A stretch of 32,000 nucleotides of DNA from Candidatus Saccharimonadota bacterium (GTDB lineage Bacteria > Patescibacteriota > Patescibacteriia > 2-12-FULL-60-25). Positions 22,948-31,031 of this stretch are shown here, piece by piece. Every line of letters begins with the position of its first letter. Within the stretch, counting starts at the first letter, position 1. Below the pieces are notes generated by a model. That model ran no database searches. It worked only from the letters and a program-made list of their open reading frames with translations, and had not been told where the DNA came from. The position numbers and the translations under genes are program-made. The stretch spans positions 630,001 through 662,000 of the forward strand of contig OY970357.1 of the NCBI GenBank assembly GCA_963718585.1, given 5' to 3'.

Positions 22948-23823
22948 ATGGGCCAGACTACACGGACATCGCCGGTCATCGAACGGATCCGCCGAGCACT
23001 CGGATCACACCCGCGGATCGTCCTCGGGCTCAAACGACTCGTCGATCGGGGCGTGGATCTCGTCGCGCGGCTCCAGGGCTTCTCTTTTCCTCCGAAATAT
23101 ACGTGGGATTGGAAATGGGAGATGCTCCGCGGCAGGTACGAACCCGAAACGACGCAGTTCTTCCGTTCGATCATCACCCCGGGGATGACGATCCTCGATG
23201 TGGGCGCGCATATCGGATACTTCACGCGCCTCTTTTCGGCCTGCGCCGGACCAACGGGCCGCATCTATGCGATCGAAGCCGACCCAGGGATCCAGGCCCT
23301 GCTGAAACACAACATCCGCACCAACGCGAACGTCACCATCGTTCCGGTCGCCCTTTCCGACCGGACCGGTTCCATCGACTTCTATGAATCCCTGGATCAC
23401 ACCGGCTTTCACAGCCTGATCCCATCTCCCCAGCGCACGAACCGGATCACCGTCCAGACCACGACGCTCGACACCCTCGTCTCTGACCTTCATCTGAAAC
23501 GGATAGATCTCATCAAGATGGACATCGAAGGTGCGGAACCGCTGGCCCTGGAGGGCGCCGTACGACTCCTCCAGACGAACGCGCGCCTCAAGATAGTCCT
23601 CGAATTCTGTCCGGAACATCTTCACCTCTCACACGTGGATCCCGCCGCGTTCATTCAGGGACTCCAACGGAAAGGATTCACGATCTCTACGATCAGACCG
23701 CAGGGCCTCGAGCCGTTTCCGACGGATGACGAAGCCATTCGCACGTACGTGGACACGATCTCATCAGTGAACATCTTCGCCTCCCGTGAGGGTCACGGCG
23801 CGACGACGTCGCGGATGAGTTGA
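22948..23823 (+). CDS. FkbM-family SAM-dependent methyltransferase
   Basis: I trimmed to the ATG at 22948, 5 nt after the upstream stop. Motifs: ILDVGAHIGYFT, IYAIEADP, DLIKMDIEGAEPLAL. Confidence 0.8.
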   Translation: MGQTTRTSPVIERIRRALGSHPRIVLGLKRLVDRGVDLVARLQGFSFPPKYTWDWKWEMLRGRYEPETTQFFRSIITPGMTILDVGAHIGYFTRLFSACAGPTGRIYAIEADPGIQALLKHNIRTNANVTIVPVALSDRTGSIDFYESLDHTGFHSLIPSPQRTNRITVQTTTLDTLVSDLHLKRIDLIKMDIEGAEPLALEGAVRLLQTNARLKIVLEFCPEHLHLSHVDPAAFIQGLQRKGFTISTIRPQGLEPFPTDDEAIRTYVDTISSVNIFASREGHGATTSRMS

Positions 23824-24983
23824 AGATTCCGACGCACGAGATCCACGTCGCTGTAGTCGTGCATCTTTTCTCGCCCGCCGACGACGAGCCGTTCGCGGAG
23901 ACCGGGTTCCGCGAGACATAGGATGTTCTGCGCAAGACCCTCGGCATCGCCCTTCGGTGAGATGAGCCCCGTCTTTCCATCGATCAGCAGATCACGGTAC
24001 ACCGGAATGTCCGTTCCAAGGACCGGCGTGCCTGCAAGCCAGGATTCGACCACCGGGAGACCAAACCCTTCGTAGCGGCTCGGACACAGCGTCGCATCCG
24101 CATGCGCATACAGCCAAGCACGCTCTTCATTGGAGACATGACGCAGAAGGGTCAGCCGATCCGTGATCCCCGCCTCTGCAGCGCGCGCGCGGACGCGTCC
24201 GACCCCCTCATCCCCCGTACTCGTCACGAAGACGAGCGCATGGTCGTCACCCTGGCGTGCCGCAAGGGCCACGGCATCGATCGCCGTGTCCCAGCCTTTT
24301 CGCGCCTTCACCTGACCGATGAACAGCAGATATCGCGCCGGGAGCGAGCCCTCGGGACGCGTCTCGAGCGGCGGTCGGTCGACCGGGATCCCATTTGGGA
24401 TGACCGTCGCGCCGAGACCCGCAAGCGAACGAAGTTTTTCCTGCTCGAATGCGGAGATCGTGACCCGTGCGTCCGCGCGGAACAATGGAAGGTGATATGC
24501 GTAGTTCTCCCACGCCCGTCCGAACAAACGGGACGCGAAGAGATCACGAAGGAGTTCGACGAAGGAAGACGTCAACCGGATCTCCGGCCGGATGGTCTCG
24601 AGCGGATCGTCGCGGTCTGTGACCACATACGGATCATGCAGGAACCCGACCGCATGGAAGATCACCTTGGCACCGACCATGCGTGCCGCGGCATAGGCGG
24701 AGAGATTCAAGAGGCTCCGGATGTGGAACAGGATCACGACCTGCGGACGCCATCGCACGATGTCCCAAAAGAGCTTCGGCGAGATTCCGCGGCGCTGCGG
24801 GCATCTCCGCGTGACGATCTCCTTGTAGATCCCATCCCGACCGTATGCGGGATCGCCACGAAGACGGTAAGTATAATACCGGACATCGTCTCCATGCAGA
24901 TGCAGCCCCTGCGCGAGCACAAATTCTGCGAACTGATCAAGACGCTCCTCCGCTCCGTACGGAGTGATGATCGCGACGCGCAT
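23793..24983 (-). CDS. Glycosyltransferase family 4 (GT-B fold)
   Basis: I chose the start at 24983 (MRVAIITPYG) because GGAGGTGA lies 9 nt upstream. The C-terminal GT1/GT4 motif is CPSRYEGFGLPVVESWLAGTPVLGTDIPVYRDLL...GKTGLI. Confidence 0.85.
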   Translation of the reverse strand: MRVAIITPYGAEERLDQFAEFVLAQGLHLHGDDVRYYTYRLRGDPAYGRDGIYKEIVTRRCPQRRGISPKLFWDIVRWRPQVVILFHIRSLLNLSAYAAARMVGAKVIFHAVGFLHDPYVVTDRDDPLETIRPEIRLTSSFVELLRDLFASRLFGRAWENYAYHLPLFRADARVTISAFEQEKLRSLAGLGATVIPNGIPVDRPPLETRPEGSLPARYLLFIGQVKARKGWDTAIDAVALAARQGDDHALVFVTSTGDEGVGRVRARAAEAGITDRLTLLRHVSNEERAWLYAHADATLCPSRYEGFGLPVVESWLAGTPVLGTDIPVYRDLLIDGKTGLISPKGDAEGLAQNILCLAEPGLRERLVVGGREKMHDYSDVDLVRRNLQLIRDVVAP

Positions 24984-25002
24984 CGGCGCCTTCACCTCCG
25001 TA

Positions 25003-26772
25003 TCAGTAGGCATAGAGATACAGGCTCCCGATCTGTCCAAGATCACGCCGCACGCCCATCTGTTGCTGCAACTCGGATGAAAGCGGTGTCGGACTCATGA
25101 CGTAATCCGCCTGATAAGTGTGGATCTCTGATGCAAGATCACCGGCGTAGAAATCAGGATAGGCGGCGACGAGGCCGTCGATCTTTCCCTGAACCCATGC
25201 GTCATCCGATCTCGCGAACAGCGTCTCGAAACTCTCAAAGAAATATTCCCGCACCAGATCTTCGTGTGCATTCAGATACGCACGCACCGTATCCGGCGTC
25301 ACGCCATGGAATCGGAGCATCAATAAAAAGTTGTGCAGGACGCGGTCATCTGGAACCCCGAAATAGATATACGACGACAGATACACATCACAATGCGAGA
25401 ACGCGGGAACGAGACGCGTGATCCGCTCGCCCGGTTCGTCGACCAGAACGACGCATGACGGAGGTGCGTGCGCATCAAGCCATGCGAATGCGGGTGCATA
25501 GGTCTGAAGCATCCGAAAATCATCAAGCTTGGACCGGACGCCCGCCAGGATCCCCGCAGACTCCAGAACGATGAATGCGATCGCGGCGATACAGACCGCC
25601 TTCCAGATCCGCGGAAAGCGTTCACTGCACGCGTACCAGGCCGCGACGAACAACGTCAAGATCGCGAACGGAACCGTATATTGAACGAAATGATGCGGCC
25701 AGATGGTACGACCCGTGACGATCTGCTGACTCAACGACCAGATGCCGCCAAAAAGGAATGCGAGACAGAAGAGCCACCACGGACGGCGCATGATCTCCTT
25801 GAGTCCTTTGCGGCCGCGCGCCGCGATCCAGGTCAAGATGAAGAAGATCGCGATCGCGGCCAACAGCGTCTTGTTCAAAAGCGGCGCATGCGTGAACGAC
25901 ATGCCGTTCTTGACCGAAAGCGCCTGGCCGCCCGGCGCTCCGATGCGCTGGATCATCCCCCACCACAATGGGATCACACAGACCGCGCCGATGCCCAGCA
26001 TCAAGATCATGGAACGCATCTGCGCCTTCTGTTTGGTGATGAGCGCGAAGAGGAGGAAGAACGCCGACACCGAAAGCGCGAACGCCCAACTGAAGAAATA
26101 GGAGGCCATGAGTGCCCACAGCACTCCTGCGACCCATGCGTGACGACGCCGACGGCCGTTCCACAACTCCCACACGACCAAGAAATATGAAAAAAGGAGG
26201 ATCGCGCCGGTGACCGGATTCACAAGTCGCGTCCACAACGGAAGATTCTGCGCGATCGAACCGGTCCGGACCCAATGTGCGAGTTCCGAGAATGGGATCG
26301 TGCTATAGCCGATCACAATCATCACCGCCGCCGCACACGCGGTCAGCTTCCGGTTCTCCGGACGTCCCACGTCCATGAGTCGAAGAGCGAGGACGTATGC
26401 GAGCAGGAATAGGATCAAGGGAAGCAGAAATTTGCTGAAAACGACGATCTCGGTCAACGGGATCTGGAACAGCATGCTTGGGACCGCATAATAAGCTTCA
26501 CCCAGCGGAGGCAACATGGAGACTGAATCTTTATACTCGTGGAAATAGGGCGACCCAACCATCCAATGGCCATCAAGGATCTCATGCATACGCGCAAGAT
26601 AGATATCCTCATCGTCCAGATACATGAACGGGATGCCTTGATATGACGTGCCAAGCTGTACCCGCGCGAGGATGTGCGGCGCGACGGAGAGAAGACCGAC
26701 GAGGAGCGCAAAGAGGATCGCGAGCCACTGCGCGCGGGCGACCTGCATCACTCGATGGAACAGCTGTTTCAT
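25003..26772 (-). CDS. Large polytopic membrane protein, GT-C-like (putative polyprenyl-phosphate-sugar-dependent glycosyltransferase); paralog of 27648..29495
   Basis: I trimmed to the ATG at 26772, 2 nt after the upstream stop. It has at least 10 hydrophobic helices and a C-terminal soluble domain of about 180 aa. The acidic motif YLDDEDIYLARMHE sits directly after TM1, which is the expected position of the GT-C first-loop DxD. There is no recognisable cytoplasmic catalytic domain. Confidence 0.55.
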   Translation of the reverse strand: MKQLFHRVMQVARAQWLAILFALLVGLLSVAPHILARVQLGTSYQGIPFMYLDDEDIYLARMHEILDGHWMVGSPYFHEYKDSVSMLPPLGEAYYAVPSMLFQIPLTEIVVFSKFLLPLILFLLAYVLALRLMDVGRPENRKLTACAAAVMIVIGYSTIPFSELAHWVRTGSIAQNLPLWTRLVNPVTGAILLFSYFLVVWELWNGRRRRHAWVAGVLWALMASYFFSWAFALSVSAFFLLFALITKQKAQMRSMILMLGIGAVCVIPLWWGMIQRIGAPGGQALSVKNGMSFTHAPLLNKTLLAAIAIFFILTWIAARGRKGLKEIMRRPWWLFCLAFLFGGIWSLSQQIVTGRTIWPHHFVQYTVPFAILTLFVAAWYACSERFPRIWKAVCIAAIAFIVLESAGILAGVRSKLDDFRMLQTYAPAFAWLDAHAPPSCVVLVDEPGERITRLVPAFSHCDVYLSSYIYFGVPDDRVLHNFLLMLRFHGVTPDTVRAYLNAHEDLVREYFFESFETLFARSDDAWVQGKIDGLVAAYPDFYAGDLASEIHTYQADYVMSPTPLSSELQQQMGVRRDLGQIGSLYLYAY

Positions 26773-26774
26773 GA

Positions 26775-27659
26775 TCAGCGCTTCCGGACCACGATCGCGA
26801 CCGACGCCGCAGAGATGTCTGCGCCGGGAAGATGTGCCGCGATCAGATCCAGGAATTTGAAGGGAAAACACGCGAGCATCGCCACGTAGCTCAAGAGGAT
26901 ACGGAGGGGGCGGATGCCGAAAGAGAACATCGTCGCGAACCACGACGTAAAAGCGAGCAGGAGCGCGGATGTCGGACCCATCGCAATGCTCCGACGCGTC
27001 ACATCGTGCCCATCGAAAAGAGACGCGAGTCCTTCGAGCGTCCAGCGAGAATAGTCTTTCGGCGAGGGGTGATACGGGTAGAGGAACGGGACGCCGACGA
27101 AGATCTCACCTCCTGGCTTTGTCACCCGGATCAGTTCCCGGACCACCCCATACGGATCCGTCACATGTTCAAGGACCTGATCACAGCATACGACGTCAAA
27201 GGTCGCGTCCGCGAACGGAAGATGCGCCGCGTCTGCCAGGACGTCGACATTCCGGAAAGGAAAGACATCCACGTTCACGATCTCCGGCGCAAGTCGTGTC
27301 GGTCCAGATCCGACATTCAACAAAACCCTCCCCTTCCCCGCGGAACGGGCAATGAATTTCCGGTCCGTCATCCCCGTGATCAGGATCGGAGCGATGATCA
27401 GGGAGGCGAGTCGATAGGCTTTTGGCCAGCGTTTAAAGAGATCCTTCAACGCATTCTCTGGATCAGAACGCTGATGGGACAAAAGGGCCTCGCGCGTCGC
27501 GTCATCCAAAAAACAAGGGATCCCTGACACGTTCGGATACGGAGCTCCGCATTCCGTACAAGCAAGAGGTGGCTCAGAAATGCGACCGCTGCATCGGGGA
27601 CAACAAAGAGCGGCGGTCTGCCGCGGCGCATCGGAGGAAGTATTTGGTTGACGCATCAT
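26775..27659 (-). CDS. Class I SAM-dependent methyltransferase with an N-terminal zinc ribbon and a C-terminal membrane segment
   Basis: Start at the tandem Met codons at 27659/27656. Zinc ribbon: CCPRCSG...CTECGAPYPNVSGIPCFL. Methyltransferase core: VLLNVGSG, DVVCCDQVLEHVTDP, KPGGEIFV. Hydrophobic tail: LLLAFTSWFATMFSF...LACFPFKFLDLIAA. Confidence 0.7.
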   Translation of the reverse strand: MMRQPNTSSDAPRQTAALCCPRCSGRISEPPLACTECGAPYPNVSGIPCFLDDATREALLSHQRSDPENALKDLFKRWPKAYRLASLIIAPILITGMTDRKFIARSAGKGRVLLNVGSGPTRLAPEIVNVDVFPFRNVDVLADAAHLPFADATFDVVCCDQVLEHVTDPYGVVRELIRVTKPGGEIFVGVPFLYPYHPSPKDYSRWTLEGLASLFDGHDVTRRSIAMGPTSALLLAFTSWFATMFSFGIRPLRILLSYVAMLACFPFKFLDLIAAHLPGADISAASVAIVVRKR

Positions 27660-29495
27660 CCCAAGATCAATACGATGACTTCCACGAAGGTCCCTATGCC
27701 GAACCCTGACATCCGTGGTCGTTGGAAAACGTATCAACACCTCATCATTCTGGCAATCGCCGTGATCGCCCTCGCGGTCGTCCCGATGCTTCTCTTCGCA
27801 TCAGAGGTCGGGTCGGCATGGCAAGGCGTCCCCACGACGTCACAATACACGGATAGCGATCTCTACTACGCCCGGATGCGCGAATTCGCGCGCGGGAACG
27901 TCTTTTACGGCAACCCGTACTTCATTGAACACCAAAAGGACCTTGCTCCTTCTTTTTTTCTGGCTGATTGGATCGATGACGCCCCACACGCACTCGGTCT
28001 TTCGATGACCGCGACCATTGTTTGGAACTTCCTTTTTTGGTCGCTCGTGACGGCTTTCTTGATCTATGCGCTCCTCCGGACGTGCGGCGCCGGTCGATGG
28101 ACCGGTGTCATCGGCAGCGTCTTGGCATATGTGACGGTGTACCTCATGATCTTGCGACCCGTGTCCCTGCAGGTCGTCTTCCCGATCTTTCTCCTCTTCT
28201 GTCTGACCGCGATCCGGTGGCTCCTTACGCCTCGCGACCGAAAACGCCAGATCGCTTTCGTTCTGGGCATGACGTCCGCGATCTATATCTACACCTACCT
28301 CACGCAGATCGCCTTCGCCGCGACCATCCTTCTCTTTTTCTGGCTCCTCTGGCGAAAGCGATATTCGGATGCCAAAACCCTTGTCGGCGTCGGTCTCGCA
28401 TCGATCCTTCTCTCCGTCCCGTTTTTGATCTATACGAGCCGGCAACTTCAGGATCCGTTCTATTGGCAGACCATGGCGCGGATCGGATACGTCGCGACCC
28501 ACCTCCCGACCGCAGAAGCGGCGCGGCAGACCGCGGTCGTACTCGCGACCCTGATCGGTTGGCGTCTCATCAGAGGTCGCGCAACGACGGACGACAAGGC
28601 GGAGACAGCCTATCGGGTGATGATCCTCTTTGGCTGGGCCATGGTCATCGCCTGTGCGAGTAACATCCTGACGGGTAAATGGCTCGAGACCGCCGAACAC
28701 GTCGGCCGATTCGTCGCACTCTGGACCGCGATCGCCTTCATCCTCATGTCGCGTGACGCGGTACGCCGATGGAACGGAACAGCGATCCGGCGTCGGATCC
28801 TCTACAGCATTTGTCTCCTCATCCCAGCGATCTTCCTCATCTCATTTGCGCGCGTGATCGGCTTTCCGGTCATCATCACGACCTACGGGACGACGCAGAC
28901 GGCCGCCGTTCGTGAGCTTCAAACCGTCCGCGGCCCCATCGATTGGCTCCAGGCCAATGCCCCGACCCCATCGGTCATCTGGACGGATCCGGCGTCGCCT
29001 ATCCTTGATCAGATCACGATCCTGACCAGGCATTACGTCTTGTTTTCCAATCCAGGGATTCTCCATCTTCTTTCAGACGATGAAGTGCAGGAACGATACT
29101 TGATCTCGCAATATGGGACAAAAGTCACCACGTCAACGCTTCTGACGGATCATCACGTATACGCCGGCGCAGGTGCGATCCATCTCTTCAATACCCATAA
29201 TCGCGGTGTACGCCTTTGCCAGATCTTGCATGTAAACGTCCTTGGAACCAACTGTGGTCGGATCGAGACGGAGGCAGAGAGCGTCCCACCAAACTACTTC
29301 ACAGACCTTGAACATCACTATACGGACACCATCGTCCCGCAGATCCGAGAAGAACTGGCCAAATATCACGTGGCGTACTACATCGACGATACAACGGTCG
29401 GACGGCCCCTCCCTCCGGACGTCCTCGTGACCCCGCCGGTGTACGATGACGGACGCTATGCGATCTATGAGATCATGCCTCCTTCGTCGCAATGA
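27648..29495 (+). CDS. Large polytopic membrane protein, GT-C-like; paralog of 25003..26772
   Basis: 615 aa from a TTG start at 27648, preceded by GGAGGAAG 7 nt upstream. Alternative ATG starts are 27675 and 27696. After TM1 come YTDSDLYYARMREF and GNPYFIEHQKD, co-linear with YLDDEDIYLARMHE and GSPYFHEYKD in the paralog. It has many helices and a C-terminal soluble domain. Confidence 0.55.
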   Translation: MTHHPKINTMTSTKVPMPNPDIRGRWKTYQHLIILAIAVIALAVVPMLLFASEVGSAWQGVPTTSQYTDSDLYYARMREFARGNVFYGNPYFIEHQKDLAPSFFLADWIDDAPHALGLSMTATIVWNFLFWSLVTAFLIYALLRTCGAGRWTGVIGSVLAYVTVYLMILRPVSLQVVFPIFLLFCLTAIRWLLTPRDRKRQIAFVLGMTSAIYIYTYLTQIAFAATILLFFWLLWRKRYSDAKTLVGVGLASILLSVPFLIYTSRQLQDPFYWQTMARIGYVATHLPTAEAARQTAVVLATLIGWRLIRGRATTDDKAETAYRVMILFGWAMVIACASNILTGKWLETAEHVGRFVALWTAIAFILMSRDAVRRWNGTAIRRRILYSICLLIPAIFLISFARVIGFPVIITTYGTTQTAAVRELQTVRGPIDWLQANAPTPSVIWTDPASPILDQITILTRHYVLFSNPGILHLLSDDEVQERYLISQYGTKVTTSTLLTDHHVYAGAGAIHLFNTHNRGVRLCQILHVNVLGTNCGRIETEAESVPPNYFTDLEHHYTDTIVPQIREELAKYHVAYYIDDTTVGRPLPPDVLVTPPVYDDGRYAIYEIMPPSSQ

Positions 29496-30351
29496 CGAGG
29501 ACATTGTCACCCAACGGAAGAGGGATCGCCATCTTCCCCGCCCATGACTTTTCCATCCGACGCGCCGCATGCTCTGCCGCAGGCAGATGAACCCAACGGC
29601 CGAACGTGGAAAGGATGTATGGAAGGCTGAATGATTTGGATGGATGTCGCGTCGTCTTGACCACGAATCCGACGCGTTCCAATACGGACGAAAGGGTCTT
29701 CTCGGAAAAATACGAAAGATGTTCCGGCGGGACGATCGCATGCCACCTCGGTCCCATGAGGTGTGCAAATGCACTCCCGATATCCGGGACGTTCACCGCA
29801 ATGACGCCACCCGTCTTCAACAAGTGATGCGCAGATCGTAACGCACTGATCGGATCCGGCAGATGTTCTAGGACATCTAGAAAGGTCACTGCGTCAAAAA
29901 TCCCCTCCCCGTCCATATCAGCGATCGTACCGGTGCGGATCTCAAGGCCGTGTGCACGGCCCTGTGCTGCGGCATCTTCGGACACTTCCACGCCCCGCGC
30001 ATCCCAGCCGTCTTCGCGAGCCAATCGCACGAAAAATCCTGTTGCCGCCCCAACATCAAGCAAGGTCCCGCGACCGGGTCGCACGGAGGTCATGAGATCC
30101 AAATATCGGCGAAAGACCGGGATCATGGACGCTTTGTCCGCGTCATAATCTACGTACCCGAAACCTCCCTGTGCGCCATGAAAATAGTCCGCCGTATAAA
30201 TGGCAGAAAGATCAGACGGCGTCGGATGCACGAAGGTGAATGCGCAGGAATGACACCGGAAAAGCTGATAGCCATTCACCGTCGCCCACGCTCCGGTCTC
30301 TGCACCGCAGAGCGGACACCTCACGGTTTGCGCGTATGCCTGATCTTCCAT
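29473..30351 (-). CDS. Class I SAM-dependent methyltransferase with an N-terminal zinc ribbon
   Basis: 292 aa. Zinc ribbon: CPLCGA...FRCHSCAFTF. Methyltransferase core: LLDVGAATGFF, DAVTFLDVLEHLPDP, KTGGVIAVNVP. An alternative GTG start at 30324 would form a GTGA overlap with the upstream stop. Confidence 0.8.
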   Translation of the reverse strand: MEDQAYAQTVRCPLCGAETGAWATVNGYQLFRCHSCAFTFVHPTPSDLSAIYTADYFHGAQGGFGYVDYDADKASMIPVFRRYLDLMTSVRPGRGTLLDVGAATGFFVRLAREDGWDARGVEVSEDAAAQGRAHGLEIRTGTIADMDGEGIFDAVTFLDVLEHLPDPISALRSAHHLLKTGGVIAVNVPDIGSAFAHLMGPRWHAIVPPEHLSYFSEKTLSSVLERVGFVVKTTRHPSKSFSLPYILSTFGRWVHLPAAEHAARRMEKSWAGKMAIPLPLGDNVLVIATKEA

Positions 30352-31031
30352 GGCGTGATCAATGCCTCACGAATGATGTGATGCGTGAGCTTCGACTCTC
30401 CTTCTAACCGATTCCGAAAGACGATGGGCGTCTCCACGAATGTCGCTCCGCTCTCGACGAGCTTGTATTTTAGGACGAACTGAAAGGCATACCCGCGCGC
30501 TTCGTCCGGCGAAAGGAGGATCTTTCGGAGAGCCTCCGCGCGGATGCCGTTGAATCCACCGGTGATGTCCTTGATCCGGATGCCGCTGACGGCCCGGAGA
30601 TACTCGTTCCCTCCTCCGCTCAAGAACCGCCGCCACCATTCCCATCCGACGAGGCCGCCGCCGGCGATGTACCGTGATCCGATCACGAGATCCGCACGGC
30701 GCAAAAGGTCACGAAATGTGGGAAGGTACACCGGATCATGCGACAGGTCCGCATCCATCATGATGATGGAATCGATGTCTGATTCGCGTTCCAATAACAT
30801 CCGAAACGCATCGATATATGCGCGCGCAAAACCAGCCTTTTGATTATGCGCATACAATTCCAAACGCGGATGACTCTCCATGAGGCGTCGGACCTCATCC
30901 GCCGTTCCATCCGGGGAATCATCATCAACGACGACGACCGAAGCATCCGGAGCGATCGCAAAGACCTTCGGGATCAAGACGGCGATATTTCCGCGTTCGT
31001 TATAGGTCGGAATGACAATGAAATCTTTCAT
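30321..31031 (-). CDS. Polyprenol-phosphate mannose/hexose synthase (Dpm1-like GT2)
   Basis: 236 aa. Motifs: IVIPTYNERGNI, VVVVDDDSPDGT, IMMDADLSHDP, LVIGSRY. The start forms an ATGA overlap with the upstream methyltransferase. Confidence 0.85.
   Translation of the reverse strand: MKDFIVIPTYNERGNIAVLIPKVFAIAPDASVVVVDDDSPDGTADEVRRLMESHPRLELYAHNQKAGFARAYIDAFRMLLERESDIDSIIMMDADLSHDPVYLPTFRDLLRRADLVIGSRYIAGGGLVGWEWWRRFLSGGGNEYLRAVSGIRIKDITGGFNGIRAEALRKILLSPDEARGYAFQFVLKYKLVESGATFVETPIVFRNRLEGESKLTHHIIREALITPWKIRHTRKP

Noticed and set aside
24102-25100. A 332-aa plus-strand ORF
   Set aside because: It is antisense to the GT4 gene (23793..24983), has a low-complexity Arg/Asp-rich translation and no motifs. 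It is a shadow ORF.
27840-28700. A 286-aa minus-strand ORF
   Set aside because: It is antisense to the polytopic membrane protein gene. Its translation is charged and low in complexity, whereas the plus frame gives coherent transmembrane helices and paralog conservation.
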